From Candidatus Multivorans sp. (GTDB taxonomy: Bacteria > Acidobacteriota > Thermoanaerobaculia > Multivoradales > Multivoraceae): a stretch of DNA of 64,000 bases. The translations under genes were made by a program, and so were the position numbers. Every line of letters starts with the position of its first letter. The first letter of the stretch is position 1. Below, piece by piece: positions 56,846-64,000 of this stretch. The notes under the pieces are model-generated. The model was not told the origin of the DNA. It saw nothing but the letters and a program-made list of their open reading frames with translations, and searched no databases. The stretch covers positions 1,472,001 through 1,536,000 of the forward strand of contig OZ251997.1 of assembly GCA_965247095.1 (NCBI GenBank), in the 5' to 3' direction.

Positions 56846-58963
56846 ATGAGCGAACCGACCGCGACGGCCCGCTGGGCAGCCTGCGCCCACCCCCTCCTTG
56901 TCCTTCTCGTGGCCGCCTGCGGCGGCAACGGCGGCGGCGCGGCCCCAACCGCCGGCAACGTCGACGACGAGCGGATCATGCGCGCCGCCGAGGCGGAGCC
57001 CGGAAGCTGGCTCACCTACGGCCAGACCTATCGGGAACAGCGCTTCTCGACGCTCGACCAGATCACGCGCGAAAACGTCCATGATCTGGGCCTCGCCTGG
57101 TCCAAGCCGATCGGCGGCCCCAGCGAGCGGATGCAGGGAACGCCGCTGGTCGTCGACGGCGTCATGTACGCAACGAACGGCTGGGGCGTGATCTACGCGC
57201 TGGACGCCGCCACCGGGAAGGAGATCTGGACCCACGATCCGAAGACCGACCGCACCTACGTCAAGTACTCCTGCTGCGGCGGCGTGGCGAACCGCGGCGT
57301 TGCGGTCTACAAGGGCAAGGTCTATGTCGCCCTGTTCGACGGCCGGCTGGTGGCGGTCGACGCGGCAACCGGTGAGGAAGTCTGGGACATCGACACGTGG
57401 CACCCCTCGGCTCTCGGCCGCTTCAACATCACCGGCGCTCCCCGTGCCGCCGCAGGCAAGGTGTTCATCGGCCAGGGCAGTTCCGAGAGCGGCCGCCGGC
57501 GCGGCTACGTCAGCGCCTACGACGCCGAGACCGGCGAGCTCGCCTGGCGCTTCTACCTCGTGCCGGGCGCCCCGTCCCAGCCGTTCGAGCATCCCGAGAT
57601 GGAGATGGCGGCCAGGACCTGGGGCGGTGAGTGGTGGAAGATGGGCGGCGGCGGCACCGCCTGGAACTCCCTGGTCTACGACGAGGAGCTCAACCTGCTC
57701 TACATCGGGGTCGGCAACGGCGCCCCCTGGTCGCGCCAGGTCCGCTCACCGGGCGGCGGCGACGACCTCTTCCTGACCGCGATCGTGGCGGTCGACGCCG
57801 ACACCGCCGAGATGAAGTGGTACTACCAGACGGTTCCCGGCGACAACTGGGACTACAGCTCGGCGATGGACATCGCGCTCGGCGAGCTGACCGTAGACGG
57901 CGTGGAGCGCAAGGTGCTGCTGCAAGCGCCGAAGAACGGCTTCTTCTACGTCATCGACCGCGAGACCGGGGAGCTCCTCCGCGCCCACCCGTACACCGAC
58001 ACGATCGATTGGGCAACCCACGTCGACATGGAGACCGGGCGGCCGATCGAGAACCCGGACGTGGTCTTCGAGGAAAAGCCGCAGTGGATCACGCCGGCCA
58101 ACGCCGGCGCGCACAACTGGGAGCCGATGTCCTGGGACCAGGACAAGGGCGTCATGTACTTCTACTACCACGACTACGCGAACTTCTACGCCCTGCCCGA
58201 GGAGTTCGTTGAGACCGGCGCCTACGCGATCCGCGAGTGGGGGCTGAGCCTCGGCGTCGCCTCCGGCGCCTACCGCCAGAAGCTCCAGGACCAGGCCGGC
58301 CCGCGGCCGGAAGACAAGGGATTCCTGGTCGCCTTCGACCCGCTCTCGGGCGAAAAGGTCTGGGAGAACCGGCTGCCCTCGGCCTTCAACGGCGGCGTCC
58401 TGGCAACGACGACGGGTCTGCTCTTCCACGGCGGCGGCCGGGGCGACCTGGGCGCCTACAACGCGGACAACGGCGAGAAGCTGTGGGAGTTCGACGCCTA
58501 CGGCTCGTTCTCGTCGTCGATCATCAGTTACATGGAAGGCGGCACGCAGTACCTGGCAACCATGGTCGGCGGCAGCACCCGGTACGACCGGCCAGGCGAG
58601 TTGCTTGTCTTCTCGCTCGACGGCCAGGCGACCCTTGCCGAACCACCGGCGCGCGACTACTCGATCCCGGAGCAGCCGCCGCTTACAGCCTCTGCCGAGA
58701 CGATCGACCGCGGCAACACGCTCTACCACGAGCACTGCGCCCTCTGTCACCGCGGCCTCGGCCAGACCTCGATCGTCGCCGCCACCTCGCCCGACCTTCG
58801 CCGCATGTCGCCTGAAGTCCACGAAGACTTCATGGGCATCGTCCAGGACGGCCTCCTGCCGCTCGGCATGCCCGGCTACGCGGACGTCTTCGACGAGGAG
58901 GCGACCACCGCGATCCACCAGTTCGTCATCTCGAAGGCGTTGGAGGCCCAGGGCGAGCGGTAG
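56846..58963 (+). CDS. Quinohemoprotein alcohol dehydrogenase (type II), lipoprotein
   Basis: VAAC lipobox, SCCGGVANRG, WDYSS, QAPKNGFFY, GAHNWEPM, CALCH. Confidence 0.92.
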   Translation: MSEPTATARWAACAHPLLVLLVAACGGNGGGAAPTAGNVDDERIMRAAEAEPGSWLTYGQTYREQRFSTLDQITRENVHDLGLAWSKPIGGPSERMQGTPLVVDGVMYATNGWGVIYALDAATGKEIWTHDPKTDRTYVKYSCCGGVANRGVAVYKGKVYVALFDGRLVAVDAATGEEVWDIDTWHPSALGRFNITGAPRAAAGKVFIGQGSSESGRRRGYVSAYDAETGELAWRFYLVPGAPSQPFEHPEMEMAARTWGGEWWKMGGGGTAWNSLVYDEELNLLYIGVGNGAPWSRQVRSPGGGDDLFLTAIVAVDADTAEMKWYYQTVPGDNWDYSSAMDIALGELTVDGVERKVLLQAPKNGFFYVIDRETGELLRAHPYTDTIDWATHVDMETGRPIENPDVVFEEKPQWITPANAGAHNWEPMSWDQDKGVMYFYYHDYANFYALPEEFVETGAYAIREWGLSLGVASGAYRQKLQDQAGPRPEDKGFLVAFDPLSGEKVWENRLPSAFNGGVLATTTGLLFHGGGRGDLGAYNADNGEKLWEFDAYGSFSSSIISYMEGGTQYLATMVGGSTRYDRPGELLVFSLDGQATLAEPPARDYSIPEQPPLTASAETIDRGNTLYHEHCALCHRGLGQTSIVAATSPDLRRMSPEVHEDFMGIVQDGLLPLGMPGYADVFDEEATTAIHQFVISKALEAQGER

Positions 58964-58981
58964 CGGGCTGATTCCATCCGA

Positions 58982-59012
58982 CTGGGTGCGCCGGCCTTCT
59001 GGCCGGCATCCG
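58982..59012 (+). repeat. REP-like repeat, variant subfamily
   Basis: ctgggtgcgccggccttctggccggcatccg. Confidence 0.65.
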
Positions 59013-59078
59013 CCCGCGATGCCGACCTCGCACCGATCGTCCGGCTCCAAAGCCCTCCTGACCGCAACCCTTCAATCC

Positions 59079-60026
59079 ATGCCAGCGCCTAGAAAGAAGC
59101 TCATCCTGGACTGCGATCCGGGGCTGGACGACGCGATCGCGATCCTGGCGGCAGCGCACTACGCCGACCTCATCGGGATCACCACCGTCGCCGGCAACGT
59201 CGGCATCAACCGCACGACCCGCAACGCGCTCGTGGTCGCGCAGATCGCAGGTCTGGACGTACCGGTCCACCGGGGCGCCGCAGGACCGCTCGGAGGTTCC
59301 CCGGTGGACGGAAGCCGGATTCACGGCGCCAGCGGCCTGGGCGATTCGGTCCTGCCCAAACTGGACCGCTCCGAAGCGTCAGACGACGCGGTCGGGTTCC
59401 TCTGCGACACCGCCCGCTCGGTCGACGAGTTGCACCTGCTGGCCATCGGCCCGTTGACCAACATCTCGCTGGCGCTGCAGCGCGACCCCGACCTCCCCCG
59501 CCACTTGACCGGACTGACGATCATGGGCGGCAGCGCCGGCGCCGGCAACATCACGCCGGTCGCCGAGTTCAACATCTGGGCCGATCCGGAGGCGGCGGCC
59601 GTCGTGTTCAACAAGGCCGCGCCGCTCACCATGGTCGGCCTCGACGTCACGAGCAAGGTCGTCTTCGGAGACGACGAGACAGCGCGAATGAGGGCCGCGG
59701 GAAGACCCGTAGCCGAATTCGCCGCCGGCCTGATCGAGTTCCTGCGCGATCGCTTCAGGGAATACGTCGGGCAGTCCACCGTTCCGGTGCATGACGCGAC
59801 GGCCGTCATTGCCGCAACGCACCCCGAGCTGTTCGAGCGGTCGCGCCACCCCCTCGCCGTCGAGGTCCAGGGTGAGCACACCCGCGGCATGACCGTGGCC
59901 GACCTCCGTCCGCCCGCACTGATCCAGGCAATCGGCCCGCCCGGTGTCCCCTCCAGCGACATCGTCTGGGACGCCGAAGTCGACGAGGTCAGGGAGTTGA
60001 TCGTCGAAGCGGTGCTGGCCTTCTAG
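59079..60026 (+). CDS. Nucleoside hydrolase (IU-NH family)
   Basis: ILDCDPGLDDA, TVAGN, IGPLTN, AEFNIWADPEAA, VHD. Confidence 0.95.
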   Translation: MPAPRKKLILDCDPGLDDAIAILAAAHYADLIGITTVAGNVGINRTTRNALVVAQIAGLDVPVHRGAAGPLGGSPVDGSRIHGASGLGDSVLPKLDRSEASDDAVGFLCDTARSVDELHLLAIGPLTNISLALQRDPDLPRHLTGLTIMGGSAGAGNITPVAEFNIWADPEAAAVVFNKAAPLTMVGLDVTSKVVFGDDETARMRAAGRPVAEFAAGLIEFLRDRFREYVGQSTVPVHDATAVIAATHPELFERSRHPLAVEVQGEHTRGMTVADLRPPALIQAIGPPGVPSSDIVWDAEVDEVRELIVEAVLAF

Positions 60027-60044
60027 GCCGCACCATCAGCCGTC

Positions 60045-61442
60045 TCACTCAGCCATCCGCCCAGCCCGCTGATCGACTCCACCTTGGTGCAGTACCAAGT
60101 GGTCCACCGAGCCGTCCTCGGCACGCCCGAACGTGATCTGCGCGTCCACAACGCGCAGGAAGAACCGGCTCTCCGACTCGGGAAACACCTCGAAACGCGG
60201 TTGGCCGGTGAGCTGGACGAACAGCCGATCACCCTGCCGCGTCACCGTGAAGACGAGGTTCTCGACAAGCTGATACCGGCCGACGTAGGCGTCGTAGATC
60301 GCTGGATCCACTTCGACCGCGGTCCGTAGCGCCGGAGGCACCATGAGCCGATAGCGCGAGTCCAGAAGGTGGAAGCCCAGATCGTCGACGCTGTCCCCGG
60401 AGTTCGACAGCACGACGACGCCGGTCTGCGATTCGAGGTCGAAGCCCAGGAAGGACCGGTACCCGCCGGTGCCGCCGTTGTGCCAGTGGAGTTCGCGGCC
60501 ATGTCCGCGGCGTGTGACCCAGCCGAGCCCGATCCGCATGTCGGGCGGCGCAAAGTCGCGCCGCGGTGCGTGGGTAACCGCCATCGCGGCGTGCAAGGGC
60601 GACTCGACAAGGCCGAGGTTCGCCTCGACGAAGGTCAACATGTCGTTCACCGTCGAGCGCAGCGCCCCGGCGCCTGCAAGGGTCGGGAGGTCCCAGTTCG
60701 CGACCGGCCTGAGCTGGACGCTGTGGCCGATGGCCAGCCGTTCCTGCTGGGACGACGACAGCGTGATCGACGTGTCGGCCATGCCGAGCGGCTCGAGCAA
60801 CCGCGCGGACACGAGCGTGTCGTAGTCCGTCTCCTGGCTCAGCGCCAACGCGTGCCCCAGGAGCCCGGCGCCAAGATTCGAGTACTCGACCGCCTCACCG
60901 ATGTCGCGCTCCAGTTCATACGACGACAGGAACTCGTTGAGCTGGGCCACCGTGTAGTCGGCGTAGGGGTTCGCCGCATTGGCCGGCCGCATGTTCGAGG
61001 GCAGACGAGGCAGCCCGGAGCTATGCGTCGCCAGGTGAAGCAGGGTGATCTCGGCGCCGTTCCGGGTCGGCACAGAGACGTCCGGCCCGAGCAGACGCTG
61101 AACCGGCGTCTCGAGTTTGACGGCACCCTCCTCAGCTAGGTCTGCCAACAAGATCGCAGTGAACACCTTCGTGATCGAGCCGATCTCGTACACGGTGTCG
61201 CCATCCAACTCTCGCGGGTCATCGGCGGTCAGCCGCCCGTAGCTGACAACACGACGCTCGCCGGCCGCGATGACACCAACGACGATGCCGACGCTTCGCT
61301 TCTGATCGTCGATCCGCTCCGCGAGGAGTTCGCGGATCTCCGCGTCGGCCGGCATTGAGCCTGCGGGCTGGACGCCGAAGCCGGCCGCTCCAACGAGCAA
61401 GAGGCCGACGAAAGAGCTCGCCACCTTCGACATCGGGTTCAT
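60045..61442 (-). CDS. Serine hydrolase (beta-lactamase class C-like) with C-terminal DUF3471-like domain
   Basis: GSITK (SxxK), THSSGL, YSN, HNGGTGG; signal peptide. Confidence 0.92.
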   Translation of the reverse strand: MNPMSKVASSFVGLLLVGAAGFGVQPAGSMPADAEIRELLAERIDDQKRSVGIVVGVIAAGERRVVSYGRLTADDPRELDGDTVYEIGSITKVFTAILLADLAEEGAVKLETPVQRLLGPDVSVPTRNGAEITLLHLATHSSGLPRLPSNMRPANAANPYADYTVAQLNEFLSSYELERDIGEAVEYSNLGAGLLGHALALSQETDYDTLVSARLLEPLGMADTSITLSSSQQERLAIGHSVQLRPVANWDLPTLAGAGALRSTVNDMLTFVEANLGLVESPLHAAMAVTHAPRRDFAPPDMRIGLGWVTRRGHGRELHWHNGGTGGYRSFLGFDLESQTGVVVLSNSGDSVDDLGFHLLDSRYRLMVPPALRTAVEVDPAIYDAYVGRYQLVENLVFTVTRQGDRLFVQLTGQPRFEVFPESESRFFLRVVDAQITFGRAEDGSVDHLVLHQGGVDQRAGRMAE

Positions 61443-61501
61443 GGGGACGCAAGCCCTCAAGCGAGCGGCTAGCGATCTTGACGAGCGATTGGACCGGTTC
61501 A

Positions 61502-61810
61502 TCAGCCCGCTCTCGCGAGCACTTCAACCTGAGCCTCGAGCAACTCGCCCAAGCGATCCTTCTCCACTTCGAGATCGAAACGCGTCTGGAGATTGAGCCA
61601 GAACCGATCGCTGGTGCCGAAGAAGCGCGAGAGGCGAAGCGCCGTGTCCGCTGTCACGGACCGCTTTCCGTGGACTATTTCATTGATCCGGCGGGGGGGC
61701 ACACTGATGCCCTTGGCGAGCCGGTACTGGCTCAGGCCGAGAGGCTCCAGGAACTCCTCGAGCAGGATCCGGCCCGGGTGGATCGGCTCCAGTACTTTGT
61801 TCGCCATCAT
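61502..61810 (-). CDS. higA: HigA antitoxin
   Basis: PIHPGRILLEEFL, RRINEIVHGKRSVTADTALRL, FWLNLQ. Confidence 0.95.
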   Translation of the reverse strand: MMANKVLEPIHPGRILLEEFLEPLGLSQYRLAKGISVPPRRINEIVHGKRSVTADTALRLSRFFGTSDRFWLNLQTRFDLEVEKDRLGELLEAQVEVLARAG

Positions 61811-61816
61811 GCGCTC

Positions 61817-62098
61817 CTAGTGGTAGTCGACGATCTCGACGGCATCGGCGCCCGCGTTCTTCCAGAAGAAGCAGATCCTGTACCGGTCGTTGATGCGGAT
61901 GCTGTGTTGGCCGGCTCGGTCACCCTTGAGCTTCTCCAATCGATTTCCGGGTGGCACTCTCAGATCCTCGAGCCTCTCCGCGGCGTCCAGGATCAGCAGC
62001 TTCCGAAGCGCAGCCTTCCTGAGGCTCCCTGGAACCGCGCGGTTCCTCTCCCGGTGGAAGAGCTTCTCGCTCCCTCTGTCGCGGAAGCTCCTGATCAC
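61817..62098 (-). CDS. higB: HigB toxin
   Basis: MIRSFRD, DLRVPPGNRLEKLKGDRAGQHSIRIND, EIVDYH. Confidence 0.95.
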   Translation of the reverse strand: MIRSFRDRGSEKLFHRERNRAVPGSLRKAALRKLLILDAAERLEDLRVPPGNRLEKLKGDRAGQHSIRINDRYRICFFWKNAGADAVEIVDYH

Positions 62099-62204
62099 CG
62101 CCTCATGATAACGCCACTCGGTACTATCTCGGGAGTCGCCCTACGGGTACATGTCCGGTACTTGAAGATGGGAGTCAAATGAACGAGCCGTATCATCCGA
62201 TCCC

Positions 62205-62834
62205 ATGTGCGGCCGGTACACCCTCCGCTCGAAAGCACGAACCGTAGCCGATCACTTCGAACTCGACGAACTGCCGGACTTGGAGCCCCGATACAACATC
62301 GCGCCGACCCAGGAGGTCACGGTGGTCGGGCTCGACCCCGAAGGCCGGCGCGCCCTGGGGACGATGCGATGGGGATTCCCCCGCCGTCGCGGCGGTCCCC
62401 AGATCAACCTCCGCGACGACACCGCGGTCGAGGCGCCGAAGTTCCGCAGCCTGCTGAGCCGCCGCCGTTGCCTCGTGGTCGCCGACGGCTGGTACGAGTG
62501 GCAACCGCAACCCGACGGCGCCCGCCTTCCCCACTACATCCGCATGCCGGGCGGCGGACCGTTCGGCTTCGCCGGGGTCTGGAACCGGACGCCCGAGGGC
62601 CTTGCCTGCACCATCCTCACCTGCGCCGCCAGCGAGGCGATCGCACCGATCCACGATCGGATGCCGGTCATTGCTCGGCCGCCCTATGCGCACTGGCTGG
62701 ACGGTCCGCTGCAGGATCCAGACGCCCTGAGCGAACATCTCGAGACTTACAACGGCGAACTCGAGTTCTCCCCTGTCTCGAAGCGAGTCGGCAACTACAA
62801 GAATGACGACGCCGAGTTGATCGAGCCGGCCTAG
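62205..62834 (+). CDS. SOS response-associated peptidase (SRAP, YedK/HMCES-like)
   Basis: MCGRY, YNIAPTQ, RCLVVADGWYEW, IHDRMP. Confidence 0.93.
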   Translation: MCGRYTLRSKARTVADHFELDELPDLEPRYNIAPTQEVTVVGLDPEGRRALGTMRWGFPRRRGGPQINLRDDTAVEAPKFRSLLSRRRCLVVADGWYEWQPQPDGARLPHYIRMPGGGPFGFAGVWNRTPEGLACTILTCAASEAIAPIHDRMPVIARPPYAHWLDGPLQDPDALSEHLETYNGELEFSPVSKRVGNYKNDDAELIEPA

Positions 62835-62879
62835 CCGGCCCTGCGGACCGGATGCGGGCAGGATGCCCGCGTTCCCAGG
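62834..62879 (-). repeat. REP-like palindromic repeat copy
   Basis: Reverse complement cctgggaacgcgggcatcctgcccgcatccggtccgcagggccggc, between convergent genes. Confidence 0.88.
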
Positions 62880-62898
62880 ATCCGAGCGGCAGGTCGTC

Positions 62899-64000
62899 CT
62901 AGGGCGGACCCACCGCCTCCTTCCCCAGACCAATCGACCGCCAGAAGAAATAGACCACCGGAAACACGAACGTCACCCCGAGGAACACCGTCACCAATCC
63001 GCCGACCATGGGCGCGGCGATCCGCTTCATCACGTCGGCGCCGGTGCCTGTCGACCACAGGATCGGCACCAGGGCAATGAACGTGGTCAGCACGGTCATC
63101 GTGATCGGTCGGATTCGCCGCACCGCGGCCTCGACGACCGCTTCGCGAAGGTGGGCCAGGTTCTCCATCCTTCCGGCGCTCTTTCGCTCGCCGAAGGCCA
63201 GATCCAGGTAGAGCAGCATCACCGCCCCGGTCTCCGCGGCAAGCCCCGCCAGCGCGATCATCCCCACCCAGACGGCCACGGACCAGTTGTAGTCGAGCCG
63301 GTCCAGCAACCAGACCGATCCGACCAGCGAGAACGGCACCGCCGAAACGATGAACGCGGTCTTTATCACCGAGCGCGTGCTCAGGTAGAGGATCACGAAG
63401 GTCAACACGAGGGTGAGCGGGACGATGAACAGGAAGCGCTCGCGGGCCCGCTCCATGTACTCGTACTGGCCGGACCAGAGGAGCGTGTAGCCGGGAGGCA
63501 GGACGACCTTGTCGGCGACCTCAGCGCGGGCCCGGCGGATCCAGCCGCCGATGTCGGACACGTTGAGATCGACGTAGACCCACGCGTTCGGCCTGGCGCC
63601 TTCCGACTTGATCGAGGGCGGGCCGTCCCGGATCTCGATCGCCGCCACCTGGCCGAGCGGCACCTGGGCGCCGTTCGGCGCCGTCACCAGGATCTGCTTC
63701 ATCGACTCGGGATCGTCGCGCAGTTCCCGCGGATAGCGCACGTTGATCGGGTAGCGCTCCAGTCCTTCGACGGTCCAGGAGACGTTCATGCCGCCGACCG
63801 CGGACTGGATCGTGTCCTGGATGTCGGCGATCCGCAGACCGAAGCGCGCCGCCGCTTCCCGGTCGATGTCGAAGTCCAGGTAGGCGCCGCCCATGACCCG
63901 CTCCGCATACGCCGAAAGCGTGCCGGGCAGCGGCTTGACGACCGCCTCGACCTGCTCGGCGAGGCGCTCCAGCGTCGAGAGATCCGGGCCGCCGAGCTTG
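62899..64000 (-). CDS. CusA/CzcA heavy-metal RND efflux permease, C-terminal part
   Basis: VEGLERYPINVRYPRELRD, WSGQYEYMERA, ALAGLAAETG, GTGADVMKRIAAPMVGG. Confidence 0.94.
   Translation of the reverse strand, partial: KLGGPDLSTLERLAEQVEAVVKPLPGTLSAYAERVMGGAYLDFDIDREAAARFGLRIADIQDTIQSAVGGMNVSWTVEGLERYPINVRYPRELRDDPESMKQILVTAPNGAQVPLGQVAAIEIRDGPPSIKSEGARPNAWVYVDLNVSDIGGWIRRARAEVADKVVLPPGYTLLWSGQYEYMERARERFLFIVPLTLVLTFVILYLSTRSVIKTAFIVSAVPFSLVGSVWLLDRLDYNWSVAVWVGMIALAGLAAETGAVMLLYLDLAFGERKSAGRMENLAHLREAVVEAAVRRIRPITMTVLTTFIALVPILWSTGTGADVMKRIAAPMVGGLVTVFLGVTFVFPVVYFFWRSIGLGKEAVGPP

Noticed and set aside
60045-61442. Beta-lactam resistance gene
   Set aside because: SxxK/YxN/HxG with a C-terminal accessory domain fits the broad serine hydrolase/peptidase family; resistance cannot be inferred
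62100-62204. SOS box upstream of the SRAP gene
   Set aside because: No convincing LexA-type motif seen
1-64000. CRISPR array, integron or prophage
   Set aside because: No regularly spaced repeats, cas, intI or phage structural genes; the palindromic repeats are dispersed singly

Overview
High-GC bacterial chromosomal window. The gene content (four PQQ dehydrogenases, DUF1800/DUF1501, CRTAC1+TPR, DUF6644 pair, Uma2, sulfotransferase) suggests an Acidobacteriota-like, possibly host-associated organism; this is inference only. It has about 50 protein genes, one tRNA-Thr(CGT), a family of REP-like palindromes, five toxin-antitoxin loci and many collapsed gene remnants. The best signal is a complete IS110 element (about 23205-24570). 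Its left non-coding end encodes a readable bridge RNA: all four guide segments match the element's own flanks (target) and its own ends (donor), and they point to a GC rather than CT core. It is inserted in a palindromic intergenic element and has a predicted circle-junction promoter. Other signals: a CBASS locus with a decapitated CdnE-like cyclase and an intact Cap15-like effector, a stand-alone ABC-ATPase/TOPRIM (OLD-like) gene, an IS1595 remnant with cargo genes, and a candidate lanthanide-type PQQ dehydrogenase. All family calls come from motif recognition by eye; no searches were run.
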